Shown here: positions 25,917 through 40,368 of the stretch, in pieces
Layout of the letters: every line of letters starts with the position of its first letter
Numbering within the stretch: position 1 is the first letter of the stretch
Assembly: GCA_017499595.2 (NCBI GenBank)
Contig: CM039006.1
Span: 1,364,001 to 1,428,000, forward strand
Reading direction: 5' to 3'
Length of the DNA: 64,000 nt
Origin: Psilocybe cubensis
Lineage: Eukaryota
The notes under the pieces: model-generated
What the model was told of the DNA's origin: nothing
Database searches by the model: none
Seen by the model: the letters and a program-made list of their open reading frames with translations, nothing else
Made by a program: the position numbers and the translations under genes

Positions 25917-27133
25917 TTATTCATCTCTACCGGTATACAAATGCTTTTCCAAACTCAATTCAATCCCTGCCAGCCCAGAGTCAATTTCCTCCAGCGCATT
26001 ATAAGTCAGAATCTCTGACTGCAGCTGATGCAGCCAGAGGTTCTTGAACATTGTGACCTTTCCGTCATAACTACTGTCGCCGACGGAACTGTCAATTATT
26101 TGGTTGTATATTGCCCGTAGCTGCTGCTTGGTATAATTCTAAAATAGTCGTCAGTATCTAGTGCTTGGTAATATCTGAGTACATACATATAGAAAAGGAG
26201 GGTTAAAATACACCGTCTGATCTGTCACATCCTTGAACTCAATGTCAGACTGGGTGGGAGGTGAACTGGGGTAGCCGCCCATGGGATCAAACCTGCCATA
26301 GGTTCAAAAATAAGGGTTTTGAAGGAGCAGGTGGCATGCTTCAGGGGGTGGAGAATAGCGACCTTGCCTCCTCTCAGAGGAAATAGCTGGACAAGAGTCC
26401 ATAATGATTTTGTCGACGACAGACGTGTATAAAATATGTGCTGCCATCAACGGCGGAGCCGCATCATCCCAGATGACAGGCATAGGTGGAGGATCTAGGG
26501 TATCTGGAATAACAGGCATAGAGGGAGGAGCCAGGTTATCTGGAATGATTGGCATTGGCGGCGGAGCCAGGTCTTTCCGGATGACAGGCATAGGTGGAGG
26601 ATCTAGGTTAGCTGGAATAACAGGCATAGGGGGTGGAGCCAGGTTAGTTGGAATAACAGGCATAGGGGGAGGAGCCAGGTTAGCTGGAATAACAGGCATA
26701 GGGGGTGGAGCCAGGTTAGTTGGAATAACAGGCATAGGGGGAGGAGCCAGGTTAGCTGGAATAATAGGCATAGGGGGTAGAGCCAGGTTATCTGGAATGA
26801 CTGGTATTGGCGGCGGAGCCAGGTCATCCGGCCTTGCTGTGCATTTGCTTTCCTTAGAGTTGCTAATATTTGAAGACATTGCTGATGCTCAGAAATCAAT
26901 TAAAATTTACTTGAATTAATGCAATTAGTCTTACATTTTATAGATTTTACGGGAGGAGGTTCCTTCAGTTTTTCAAGAGGCCTGGTAAGATTGTTGAGAC
27001 TGGTGTAGTCAATGGGGGAACTTTTGCTAGAGGTGGGAATAAAGTTGTAGGAGAACATACAGTCCAGAAAGTGCAACTGGATGGGCTTGTTTATATATCT
27101 CATGGAATACAATACTATCCGAGGATTTTCCAT
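25917..27133 (-). pseudogene. Cargo gene A, copy 2
   Basis: ORF translations are identical to those in 15201-16417. Confidence 0.55.
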
Positions 27134-27365
27134 GACACGCAAATAGATTCACCTGTGTATTGAACTTAGCAACTTTTGCACAAATTGGATCTGGTGAAGA
27201 AATCACATGACTCAGATTGTACATGTTTGTGTATGGTTTTGTTTTGCGGGACCGCTTTTTTTTAGACTTTTTTTAGACTAACTCTAACCACGATCACCAC
27301 CCCTACGTTCTACCGTGCCTCACCCATTAACGCATCTTCCCCCCCAAAAAAAAAATGCTTTCCCA

Positions 27366-30300
27366 ATGGCCTCTTCATCTTCCACCACTGCCACCTTCGC
27401 CCAACGCCTTGCTGACTGGGAAAAAACCTTCACAGAGTGCTACCGCAATGGCGAAAGCGCGTTCAATGCTCAGTTGGAGCAGCTCTACAGGGACTTGGTG
27501 AGTAATCGATATTCCTTGAGCATAAGACTTACTGAACAAAAAAAATTCATCCAATAGGTTCCACTGTGTCAAGAACATGTCAGAAACGTGGCCAACTTCC
27601 GCCTCGTGGATTATATTGCAAGCCCTATCGTGTATTCATACAAGACCAGCCAGGGCAAGGACGGCAAGCAGGTAGCAAGGTTTGAGGTCGACTGGGCGAC
27701 TTTGCATCATCAAGTCGCAAATTTCAAGGCATACCAGGAAGGCCAGGAGGCACAGAGGAAGAGGAGGGAGGAGGAGGAGCAAGAGAAGAGGAGGGAGAAG
27801 GAGGAGCAAGAGGAGGAGAGGCAGAGGGTGGAGAAGAGGGGGAAAAGGGAGGTAAGGAGGAAGAGGGAGGAGAAGAAAAAGAGGGAGGAGGAAGAGGAGA
27901 GGCAGAGGGAGGAGAAGGAGGAGAGGCAGAGGGAGGAGGAGAGGAGGAAGAGGGAGGAAGAGAAGCAGAAGGTGGAGGAGAGGAGAAAGGAGGAGAGGGG
28001 GAAGAGGGAGCAGGAGAGGAAGACCAGGGAGCAGGAGAGGCAGAAGGCAGAGGAGAGGAGAAAGAGGGAGCAGGAGCAGGAGCAAGAGACAGACAAGGAG
28101 AGGAACAAGGAGGAGACGGAGAAGAGACGGGCCAAGAAGGGCAAGGGCAAGACAGTCAAACCCCCGGTGGAAGACGGACCCATAACAGACGCCCACAAAG
28201 ACAAGGGCAAACGGAAAGCGGCGGACCCCGTAGAGTCCATTCAGTTGGCTCCAGCGGACTACAGGGGCCCACAGACAAGGAAGGGGGAAATCATTCTCCA
28301 CATCACCGCCTCCAACATGCCTGGTCACCCAGCGTACAGGGAGAAGCTGGAAAGATTGGCAAAGTCCAAGCAGGGGAAATACAAGAGCAAAGGGATGATA
28401 GAAAGCCATACGGACAAAGACGCGGACGCCGACGTCAACAAGGACAACAAAGGCAATGACCAAGAGGCCCCGCCTACCACCCCCACCCGGAAGATGCTCA
28501 CCCAGTCTGCAAAGAAGGACACCAACCAGGACGATATCCCCCCCATCAGGAAGGCGCGGTTAAGATCCAAAAAAGCGCGCCAGGTGCCGGAGGGGATGGT
28601 GGATATGGTGGAAAGGTGCATGGGATGCACCAAATTCAAGGTGCCGTGCCATGTCAAGGGGGAGACAGGCACTGAGCCTCTCGTCCCCGTAAAGCACCAA
28701 TCTTGCAAGTCTTGCAAGTCTCGCAAGATTTACTGCAGTTTCTACCCGGGACATTTCTATCCGGGACGCAACACCGTCGCCGGGCAATTCAACCTCTTGA
28801 CGCCGCTGGGAAGTTACAGGAAGGTGTTGAAGTTGGAGGAGGGGGAGGATGTTTCGGCGAAGGAGAAGGCCGGAGAAGGGTCGTTCCCCGAGGATGTGGC
28901 AGAGCTGCTTGTGCAGCTATTTGAGCAACAAGGCTGACTGATAGAACGGATGGATGGCCTTTCCGCGTCCATGACGGCAATAAACGCACGGATTGCAACA
29001 TTTGCCAAGACAAACTTGGCGGTGGAGAAGAGGATGAAGACCGTCAAGGACAGCTTTCAAGAGCTGAAGGCCGAGTGGACCACGGCAAAAAAACAAGTGG
29101 CAGGAAACACTTCGCTTTCCGTCACAATGTTCAACAACATCAAGCAGGCAATCCAGGACATTCAGTATGTGGTCGGGGTTTTGCTGGAGTAGGATGAACA
29201 AATGTCAGGGTTTCTCCAGTTTCCCCTCTTTATCTTCACAGAATTATCTTATCCTTTCATTATCTTATCAATTATCTGATTAGATAGTTTATTTCTTTCA
29301 TCACAGCCTTTTTGCTCCACTTCTTTCTATTAAATTCTATATGATTCCTAGTCTTACTCATCCTTTTTCTATATGATGTCACTTATATTCTTTAACCTTC
29401 CTTTATGATGTAATATAGGGAATATTCTAGAATAGCTGTAGAGTATAAATACTGGACTTGTAGGTAGCTGTAGCTTCAGCTTCAATCTCTTAGGATATCC
29501 ACTATCATTGGTGTGATCTCTTAGAATCATTGAGTCTCCCTCACTCTCTTATTTTCTTTCTGCTCTCTTACTCTTCCTCTGCTCTCTCTCTCTCTTGCTT
29601 GATCTTTGTTGGTGGCCTTGTCACACTGATTATAGTGTTGCCCTGACAACAAAGGAATCCCGCCCCCAAACAGGTAGCAGGACCCTCCAAGATGGAGGTC
29701 AAACAAGAATCGGGTCCGTCGCAGACCCGTGAACCCACCTCTGCGCCACAATCCCCAAGCCCACCACCACCGCCAGCACCCCTACCTTCCCCACCTCCAC
29801 CTCCAGCAGCACCCATTCTCCCTTCCCCTCCTCCACCACCGCCAGCACCTGTCCTCCCTTCCCCACCCCTACCTCCACCCGCACCCGTCCTCCCTGCCGT
29901 GTCTGCGCCACCAACAGCGCTATTCTTGCCCGGTTCGACTCCAAAAGTGCCTTCGCCCCCCCCAGTTGGCCGACCCTCGCTCCCACCGGTACCGCCCATC
30001 CTTTCCCTATCTCCACCACCCCCTCTCCCAGCTCCACATTCTCAAAGTTTGATGTCAAAGGCCGCACCGTTGTCAAAGGATGCACCATCGTCAAAGGCCA
30101 CACCATTGTCAAAGGCTGGCCCATCCTCAAAGGCTAAGCCATTGTCAAAGGCTAAACCATCCTCCAAGGCTGGGCCATCCGGGAATGGACACTCATCGGA
30201 GTTGTCTAATCCCTTGGACAGCGACAAGGTTGAAATTGTGGAGGAGGATGTTGAGATTGTGGCGTCCACGCTGCCCGCGTCAAACATAGCCACAAAGACA

Positions 30301-30384
30301 AGGGCTGGACGGAAGCGAAAGGCGGAAACGACTCTGGCTGAAGCATCGCGCTCGCCCAAAAAACCCAAGGCCCCAAAAAAGTAG
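27366..30384 (+). pseudogene. Cargo gene B, copy 2
   Basis: Same as 16650-19661, with two extra Glu codons in the coiled coil (449 vs 447 aa ORF). Confidence 0.7.
29203..29648. mobile_element. Solo LTR, copy 2
   Basis: TGTCAGGG...CCCTGACA with ACAAA TSD. Confidence 0.9.
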
Positions 30385-30682
30385 TATATTTCAATTCTTT
30401 GTAACTTTTTTTTGGTCTCCTTTTTTGCCTTGTCTCATAGATTGCATTGTACAATTTTTAATATTTGGACTGTATATAGTTTTTACTCTCATGTGCTCAT
30501 CTGTTTTATATCTCTCCCAAAAAGTAGCACTTGATGATTTTTAATGAACCCGCTTTCTGTTTTGATTTTGTGTGAAAACATGTTTAAGAAACATCAAGAT
30601 AAGAATGAAAAGCATCACATTCAATAGGTATCATGAATCTACTTCAATAGCTAGGCTTTCAAAGTTTTTTTCTTTGTCTTTT

Positions 30683-33600
30683 TGTTGGAATCATAGTCGG
30701 CGAGCGACTTCATCGCTAAGTCATTATCTTTCTGTTGTAGTTATCTTATCACGTTTTTTCTAGATTATTCTACTATAGGTTCCGTAGTTACTGTAGGTAC
30801 AACCGTGTAGCTACGTCGTGAACACACACCTTTTACCACCACTGCGCACTATCCTTACAACAGGTTATGAGCCCTGAGAGGTCATAACTCAAGCTTGCGT
30901 TATCTAAATTTTGTTTTAAACTCGTTCTATTCTTATCGATCTATATCTAAACTCGCACTCGACGTCAAATGGCCAACTTGACAACCGCGGAAGTCAACAT
31001 CGGCGGATATTGCATCGACACACTGAAGGCCCACAATTGGATGCCGTGGAAGCGGCGCATGCTAGCAGTACTGGTGGACCTCGGACTGGAGAAATACATG
31101 GACGGCACGTCACTTCGACCAGGATCAGCAAAACCAAACGCACCCACGGCGGAAGAAATCGCAGCTCAGACAGCGTGGGATAAGGGAGATGCGAAAGCGC
31201 GATGCAGGATCGAACTCGCGTTAAGCGATGCGGAAATGGTACACGTCCTGGGAGCGCGCACAGCGCGCGAGATGTGGATGCAGTTGTGCACGGTGAAGGA
31301 ATCCAAGGGACGATCGGTGTTTTGGCAACACGACAAGCACTTTTCCGGGCAACCGCAGAGGAGGGATGCAACATGGCAGAGCATATCGCAAAGCTACGTC
31401 AATTTCAGGAGGAGCTGCACATCATGGGCAGCATTGTTTCGGACGAAGATTTTGTCATGATCTTGCTCACCTCGCTGCCGGAATCTTGGGAGAACTATGT
31501 GTCATCTTTCTTGGGCTCGAGTGGGAACCGACCTACTCTCACTTCGCAGGAGCTTGTTGGTGTTCTTCTTGAAGAAGCTCGTCGTCGGAAGGAGCGTGGA
31601 GGTGATGGTGCCGGAGGGACTACGCTTCAAGTTCGTGGAGGTCAAGGGTCGTCGGATGGAAAGGGTAATGGTTCGAGGGATGGCAGCAGCGGGAAGAAGT
31701 GCTATAATTGCCACAAGATGGGGCACATTTCGAAAATGCTGGGCGAAGGGCGGAGGTCGTGAAGGAAAGGGTCCGAGGGGGCGGAAGACGAAGAATAAAG
31801 GGCGGACGAATCAGGCTCGGGAGGACGTCAACACTACGCTCAACGATGAGGTTGCGTACCACACGTACTCGACGTCGAACTTCTCTCGTTACGACTGGCT
31901 TTACGATTCTGCAACCACCAGTCACGTTTGTCCCGTCCGTGAAGCCTTCATCGAGTATACGCCACTCGTTAATTCCTCCGTTTGTGGTGTTGGAAAGAGT
32001 CCAGCTATCATTGCAGGCCGCGGAACAGTCATCGTCAACTTCGATGTCGACGGGCAGACGATTACTCATCGTTTGAAAGACGTTTTACACATCCCTGAAG
32101 CCGAAAATGCTTTGATGTCGCTCGGAAGGTTTGAGAGGGATGGGAGGAGTTCGTCGTTTAAGAATGGGAAGGTTTTTTTGATGGATGCGAAGGATAAGGT
32201 TATTGGAAAAGGGTCGAAACGCGGTCAGATGTATATTCTTCACGCTCGCGCTCAGCTTAATTCAGGGGAACAGGTCAACTACGTCTCGCCTAAACTCACC
32301 TGGGATCAATGGCATCGTCGTTTTGGCCATATCTCAGTGTCGTCGTTGCAGAAACTCGTCCGGAACGATCTCGTCGTTGGTCTTTCCGTGGACGAAATGT
32401 CTATTCCATCCCCATCGTGCGAGGCGTGCATCCAAGCGAAGCAGACGCATAAACCTTTCCCTGGAGAAGCAGAAAATCGATCCACAGTTCCTAGAGAGCG
32501 AACCATGAGTGACGTATGGGGTCCTATCGGAACACGCTCGGTAAATGGATTTTATTACTACATTACGTTTATGGACGACGCAAAGCGATACAACGGTGTG
32601 GTTTTCTTGAAGGACAAGAAGGAGGCGGCGAAGGCGATTGAGAATCATGGGGAGCGAGTGAAGAGGAGGTTTGGGCAGTATCCAAGGTACATTCGCATGG
32701 ACAATGGCAAGGAACTCGTGAACGAGCGGATTAAGAAGTGGGCGGCGGAGAGAGGCATTGAAATCGAGACGACGGCGCCATATTCCCCATCTCAGAACGG
32801 CGTCGCAGAGCGCTACAATCGTACGCTGTTGGAGCTAGCACGTGCGATGATTATTGCGAAGAATTTACCTCTCTTTTTCTGGGACAAGGCGGTCAATTAT
32901 GCGAATTATTTACGCAACCGCGCGCCTACTCAAGCACTCGATGACAAGACACCATATGAAGGCTGGCACAACAAGAAACCGGATGTTTCTCACCTTCGGG
33001 AGTTCGGATGCGATGTATGGGTGTTAGACGAGACGAAGGGGCTTTTGAAGCTCAAGCCACGGTCAAAGAAGAAGGTATTCGTTGGTTTTAACAAAGGCTC
33101 AAAATCTGTGCGTTATTACGATCCCAAATCGCGCACAGTGAAGTCATCGCGAAACGTATCGTTTAACAAAAACGAAACGCCGCAGAACGTCGAAATTCCT
33201 GGATTATCGTCTGAGGGGGAGCGTAACAAATCGACAGACGTTAAATCCAGCAAAAACGAGCCAGAAACCGTCAAGAACGAACCTATTTCGTCTACAGCAT
33301 CGATTCCACAGCCCAGCATACGTTGATCAGCTCGTGAACACAATTTCATCGATTACAAGAAGGCAAACAATCCGAATGCTCGTTTACCGACTACACGATC
33401 CCAAACGACTCCAAACGCACCACAAATTGCTACAAAATCGACCGAGACCTCGAGCGCAAAGTCTACAGCAACGGAGCAAGCAAACATTGTCAAAGAACAG
33501 CTGTGGGGCGCGATTTTAGACGATTCGGAATGTGTCTTTGCCATGCGCAAATCAGACGTACCTCGGACACTTGAAGAAGCTTTGGAAAGCTGTGAGGCAG

Positions 33601-35322
33601 CTGCGTGGAAGGCAGCTATGGACGAAGAAATCGAGACGCTTTTACGGATGGGTACTTGGGAGATGATGAAGATTCCGGATGGAAGGAAACTGGTTGGATG
33701 CCGTTGGGTCTACGCAAAGAAACGGGACAAAAACGGGAACGTCATCAAGTACAAGGCCCGACTAGTCGTTCAGGGATGCTCTCAGAGACCTGGTACAGAC
33801 TACAGCGAGGACGAAACATTCGCACCAGTCATGCGATTCGACACGCTACGCTCGCTACTCGCATATTCGGCCGTACACAATCTCAAAATGCGTCAATTCG
33901 ATATAAAGGGTGCATATTTGCACGGTTACATCTCGGAGGAGATTTATATGGTCCAACCACCCGGTTATGATGATGGCACTGGTCAGGCATGCCGTCTCAT
34001 TCGTTCGCTTTACGGTCTCAAGCAGGCAGGAAACGTATGGAACCATGAACTCGATAACGCTCTCACTTCATTCGGTTTTACAAAACTCAAGAGCGATTAC
34101 TGCTGCTACATCCGTCGAGCTGAAAACAGCGATTTTACGATTTTGGTTACCTGGGTGGACGACATAATCAGTTTTTCAACAAACGACTCGCTCAACGACC
34201 AGCTGGAGCAAGAATTAGGCTCGAAATTCGACGTTAAATCAATGGGTCAGCCCTCAATAATGCTAGGATTCAAGCTCGAGCAAAAGGACCATTACATTTC
34301 GCTCTCGCAAGCACACTACATCGACAAACTCCTTGAGAAGTTTGGTTTACAAGACGCAAACCCCGTTTCGACGCCTATGGATCCGAACGTGCGATTGGAT
34401 AAGGATGAAGGTGTTCGGGAGGATGGAGACGGTCAGGGGGAGGTTAATTCGCGTTTAGGATTCAGTTATGCAACGGTCATCGGCTCGCTCATGTATCTGG
34501 CACTCGGAACTCGTCCAGACATCGCGTTTGCGGTATACAAACTCGCGCAATTCACCAGCAAGCCGAAATCGACTCATTGGACCGCTGTCAAACGTATATT
34601 TCGCTATCTGAAGGGCACGCGCAATCACAAACTCACTTACGGCGGCGATTCGCAAGTTTTGGACGTAAATCTCAATGTTTATTGCGACGCCGATTGGGCT
34701 GAAAATTATGATCGGAAATCAACTAGCGGATACGTGGTTACGATAGCAGGCGGCGCTGTGGCATGGAGCTCGAAGAAACAGAATACGGTTGCACTTTCAA
34801 CCGCTGAAGCCGAATACGTTTCCACAACACATGCGGCGAAGCAAGTCTTATGGCACCGCTCACTCTTCACGGAGCTTGGTTTCCACATTCCGTCGATGTC
34901 AACCATCTTTACCAACAATACGGCAGCCATTTCGATTGCGCATCATCCAGAATTCCATGCCCGTACGAAGCACATTGACATTGCATTTCATTTCCTACGC
35001 GACTTGGTGGAAAAGAAGATGCTCGACACGGTTTACATCAACACTTCAAACAATTTGGCGGGCATTTTCACAAAGGCTTTACCTCGCGTTGCACACGATG
35101 GTTTCACGTTGCAGTTGGGAGTTTTGGCCGACTAAGGGGGAGTGTTGGAATCATAGTCGGCGAGCGACTTCATTGCTAAGTCATTATCTTTCTGTTGTAG
35201 TTATCTTATCACGTTTTTTCTAGATTATTCTACTATAGGTTCCGTAGTTACTATAGGTACAACCTTGTAGCTACGTCGTGAACACACACCTTTTACCACC
35301 ACTGCGCACTATCCTTACAACA
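30683..35322 (+). mobile_element. Full-length Ty1/Copia LTR retrotransposon, copy 2
   Basis: LTRs 30683-30862 and 35143-35322, TSD CTTTT, PBS and PPT present. RT-RNase H is one uninterrupted 530-aa ORF (33543..35135). It shares the two gag frameshifts and the TGA after integrase with copy 1. Confidence 0.97.
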
Positions 35323-37552
35323 CTTTTACCTGCTACAACAAGCAGACTTGCTTCCTGAAGTGCTAAGGGATCCGAAGTCACATTCCTGTGGGCCCATGTT
35401 TCATCCGTATCTGGACTTGTTACTGTCTCCACGAAGGCATCACAAGTCACGTCCCTGCCGGCCCGTGTATTATCCGTGTCTTGGGTTGTTCCTATCTGAA
35501 CTCCATTTTCTTCCACTGTGTCAAGTGGATCTGAGTAGGGCTTAGTTCTTTTCCTAGGTTGAATTCTTCTAGTTGGTTTTGGCTTAACTGGGGGGGTTCA
35601 GAACTCTCTTCATTGGGTCCGTCCATTTCCGCTGTTCCGACATATGGCTTTGTTCTTTTTCTTGGCATAATCTTTCTAGCTGGCTTGGAAGGCGCCTCCT
35701 CAACCTCTGGAGTTGGGCTGGATGATGGATTGACAATTGTTGGGCTGGATCTACTTGGTAGAGAGGGTGGCTTGCTAGATCTTGAAGGTGCGTCGGTAGG
35801 AGTCTCATCCGTCTCTGGCGTGACAAATCTGGCAGTAGTGCGTGGCATCGTGGATGCCAGACTGCCCCGTCCATTATCAAACTCTGACAAATTGGATGAC
35901 TCAGAGTCGCTTGAAGATTGGGTTTGAAGTCGTATAGCTTTTTGCCTCAGACGATGTTTGGTTATGGCTATAGGAGGTGGAGGTATTGGTATCGGGTGGG
36001 CTTCTAGGCGGTCAAACAAGTTGGACGGATAGAGAGGTTCCATAATGTTGTATCTATTTCCAAAAACCTTTGAAAATTTAAAGGAGATGTCTCCTTGGGC
36101 TTGACGGTCCCTCCATAGCTTGAGAATTGTAGAAGTTTACTCCAGGCGGAGCCGGCTCAGATCCGTCACGGGGATTAAACTTGGCCAATACTCTGGATCA
36201 ATTATTTCTGCAGAACACCTTTCAAGAGCATCCCAAGGAACACTTGAACCAGGCCTGTCCTTGGCTAAAGCTGTATACATAGTTAGCAAGTTTGTTGAGG
36301 ACATAGACAAATTACACACCATAAACCTTGTTCATGTAAATTCTAATAATTGACTTTTGTGCATAAGCAACTTCTCTCCCAGTAGAACCGTAGATAGGAC
36401 TAGGTATTATTGGAAATCCATTGCTGCTGAACTTGAGTGATTTTTCATGAAACAATGCTTCTGGCAGTGCTAGATTGGACACACCCTTCTCTATTTCTGA
36501 AATGTGGATGAGATATTGAACAAACGCTTTGTGGAAAGCGTTCAACTTGGATGGAAAGAGTTGCCCAAAGGAAGGAATTCTGACATCGTCGAGTGATAGA
36601 TCGCTTGTCTGGGTTCTTCAAATGCCCACCAGTCAACATTAATATGGGCCAAATTATTCCACCGTGAATGCTTACAGCGGAACTTGTTCATGCCGTGTTT
36701 AACACTTACATTGAGTATTTGATTTTACCCTCAATATCATAATGCCCCTCAAAGGTAATGGACCTCATACCCATTCTCTGCCACTTAAGTTTTTCCATTT
36801 GTTGAAGTATTTTTCTGCCTTGCCTGGCAGCAGTCCTGCAGATGTCAGATGTCAGATTGATGGTGGAAACAAGTTCTACCAACTCACTTTGCCTTTATTG
36901 ATTTTGAAACACCTTTCTTATTCCATTCTTCAAGGATCTCCATGAACCTGTCCCACTCCTCCTGAGTCAATCTGGCCTCAACCTGCTTACGTCCTTGTTG
37001 ATAAAACTTCATCCAATCTTTACTTCCTCGAGCAGCATTCCCTGATAGAAGCGCAACCTTGGAGTCAATCTCTGCCGACTTCTCCTCACAAAATACCGTC
37101 TGAAAGGTTATACGGGAGTTCAATCCTTCCAGTTTTATACCAATTCAATTTGACGCATGGTTTCTAAACCAGTTAAATATTTGCTATTGTGATGGTTTAT
37201 GTGTGTAATAAAATTTTCAAAGAAACAACAAGCTCACATGCTTTTTCACCTTCCACTCTTTGTGTAGTTGCTTATCTTCCTTCCTAGCACGTCTAGAGTA
37301 TCTGTGATCCCATGTAGCTTGCAGCTCAGGTATGACAGTGTTCTGTATGTAGTCTGCTTTGGATGACTTTGATGTATCTTTGTAGGGCTGTACATGCTTT
37401 TTCAACACGTGCATTTCCTTTGTTGTCCAAATATTTAATTCTTCCGGCGGAAAGTCACCCTCCGCCGTCTGTCCGTTTCTGGGTCCGTTGTGGGTTGTGG
37501 CATTTGCAGTAGAAGGAAGCGGATCCGCGTCGGGGGATGCATTGGTGGGCAT
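35323..37552 (-). pseudogene. KDZ-associated cargo gene C (helical 'NWFRNH' protein, multi-exon); its last codons lie beyond the Copia at ~30659-30682
   Basis: ATG 37552 MPTNASPD..IWTTKEMHVL..EWKVKKH|intron|QIFNWFRNHA..DWMKFYQQGRK..EEWNKKG, followed by further exons and a Ser/Pro-rich tail. Removing the Copia restores ..VVAGKRQRKKL*. Several stops and frameshifts. Confidence 0.6.
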
Positions 37553-40270
37553 AATTGCAGTGATGTAACAAGTAGCTTATCAATGAGTATCTGTGTGATC
37601 TGGTCAAATCTCACGTCATACGGAGATAAAATAAGCTTCCGATCATACTAAATAAATGATGTGATGTCATATTTTCCCCAATCAGGTAATCCCGCTTCAT
37701 CGTCAGCCACGATGATCAAAGCATGCTGGTAGCTGTCACATACATTGACCTCATGATTTTGCAATAGTTCTCTCTGCACTCAATCAATAAACATGAAATT
37801 TTGTAAACATTTAGCGCTTTATATAAAGATAATTTTACAAGGTTTTAAATTCTTGTCAGATGGCTGTAAAGATACAGAAACACAAAATTCAAATTCACGT
37901 CTTCTCACCCAAAACTTGTGAAACCCAAAATGGCAGTCATTTCAGAGACCATGAGAGGTATTCAAATGCATAATTTTTTTCAAAAAATATAATGATCCCA
38001 GTGAGCTCATTTTGACACATTTTCTAGTATATTGAGAATATCTCCTTAAATACAAGGATTCACATTCTACAAAAAATGTCATTCGGTAGCTATTAAAAAT
38101 ATCTTTCATATAATATATGCCGGAGGAATGAGGGGCCAGCCAGTGAAAAGATATGTATTTCAAAAACACTCCAAGGTGTGGTTCTGAAAGGGTCGTTCTG
38201 CATCATATTGTACATTTATGATGGGATCACGTCCATTTTGTGCATCTCTGAATCAAGTTTTGTTCATAGCATTTCACTCACTCATTCAAATATGCTGCAA
38301 AATAGGTCATATGAAAGCTATTTTTCCCTTCTTTATAACGGCATAATTGAGGGAAATTTATCTACAGAAATAAACATGTTATACTACATTTAGATCTGCG
38401 CTCACAGGCTGTCAGACTCTTTGTTTCCAACATCCATGGGCTTCAAGAAAGTACCTGATAGGGGATCGGATGAGGAGTTTCCCAATGTTCGGGAGGCCTC
38501 CTGGTCTAGTGGGGCCAAGAAACAAAAGAGAGGGCGGCCGAGGATCCACAAACTTCCTGCAGAATCATCATCAACAAACCTCCCTCAAACAACGACTTAC
38601 TCTTTCCAAAACCATGAACACAACATTCTGGAAGAAGAAATACCTCATTATCCGGGAGATCTAACTGATCAGCAGGTACTTGATAACCTGAGACAGCTAG
38701 ATGACGACAGAACGGGAGGAAAGGTATGTTTTAACATGTTTTCAGTAGAATGATCAGGATGACTTTACCTATCCAGTCTCAAAATGATTACCTGAGGGAA
38801 TGGCTCCCGAAACGAGAGGTGTATCTTGGAACAATGATTGGAGGAGAAGCCCCGGATCCGGATCTGAATGGACGGTGTCAGCAATGTCAAGGAATGTCTG
38901 GAGTGTGGAGATGTTGCCAATGCTTTGGCTCTAGAATTTTGTGTTCTGAATGCCTGCGAAGAAACCATCAATTTACACCTTTCCACCGTGTTGAGAAGTG
39001 GACGGGTCTATATTTCCGTCCGGGAGCTCTGTGGGAAGTGGGTGTCAAGTTGTATTTGGGTCATAATGGGAAGTGGTGTCCTTATCCCACGGATCCGAGC
39101 CATCTAGGATGCGACAGCGGAAACAATTCATCCAGGAGTCATGGGCACGGTGGAAACAATTTGCCCATCTTTGAGGATGAACACGGATTGGACCTGGATC
39201 CGCTTCCTGCAAGCAATAACCAAGAATCCTTTACAGCTCAGCTTCTGGCGGACCCGGAGGTACCCCATTTGGTTGAGCTGGACAATGGAGATGATGAAGA
39301 CAATGATCTATTTGAAGAAGTCGATACAACCTATCTGGACCAACCTCGTCCAAAGGCAGCAGACAACAATGGAATTCCTTTCAAGGCAATTGTGCACACC
39401 TCCGGAGTCCATTATCTACCCGTGCAAACATGCATATGCCGGTCCGTCCGCCTTCCGTCTATCAATTTACAGTATCTAGAGATGGGATTATTTGCAGCCA
39501 GCTTTGAAAACATTCAAACTGTGTTTACAGTTGAGGTCCTTGAGGACTTTTGGATGGACAACCTCGAGTGCAAAATGTCGGCTTATCAGTATTACCAAAA
39601 GTTGCAAAGACTGACTTCGCCAGCGTTTCCAAAAAAGGTGCTGAACCGCTATTGTGAATTGAGAAGGCTTAGTAGAGAATACAGGGACCTCGTCCTGAGA
39701 CGACATTATGGAGAAGGGCATACAAGAGAAGCGGTGGTTTCTTACTATCGTCATTGCTATGATTCATCACCAGCAAGGATGGGTATTAATGTATTTGATC
39801 CGATCAATGGCAGATCTGATAGTCCGTCTCAGGAACTCGGTATGTCAACGGACCCGTCACCGGGACACGGCGGATTAGATGGTCCGCCTGCACCACAAAT
39901 GACGCGGACCAAGGATTATCCCAAAGTTGAAGATAGGAGAGGGAAGTTGGCCTTATTCTGCCCCGCCTGTCCACAGCCTGGAATAAACCTACCAGATACC
40001 TGGATTGATGATGCTGACAGGTGAGTTTTGGTTACTTGTTAAGGCTCACTGCAATTGAGAGCAAATAGCAATCTGTACATACATAGTTATGTTGCAGATG
40101 GTAATTTCAAAGCAGATCACCTCAATCAGAAAAACGAGGGAGACGATGTTTGGTTAAGCATTGGAGAAGGATACATGACTGCTCTGGGCCCATACAAGGA
40201 GCACATCAAGGAAGCAATTTCTCTTGCTCCACGTTATAAACTGGTGCGTTATCTACCATGATTTATCTTT

Positions 40271-40368
40271 CACGGCGGATGCTTACTTTCCGTGTCAAAA
40301 TCTTCCATGGCGGATGCTTCCCTTCCGTGTCAAAAAAATCTTCCACAGCGGATGGCTTATCCTCCGTG
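40271..40368. repeat. Three tandem mini-hairpin units inside a KDZ1 intron (intron 40244-40382)
   Basis: cacggcggatgcttactttccgtg, catggcggatgcttcccttccgtg and cacagcggatggcttatcctccgtg, separated by tcaaaa(aaa)tcttc spacers. Confidence 0.8.

Larger units (their letters stand above)
24763..35408 (+). repeat. Copy 2 of the 10.6-kb duplication
   Basis: Begins tacacccagtcc as at 14047 and ends ..tttcatccgt as at 24662, then continues into unique sequence. Confidence 0.97.
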
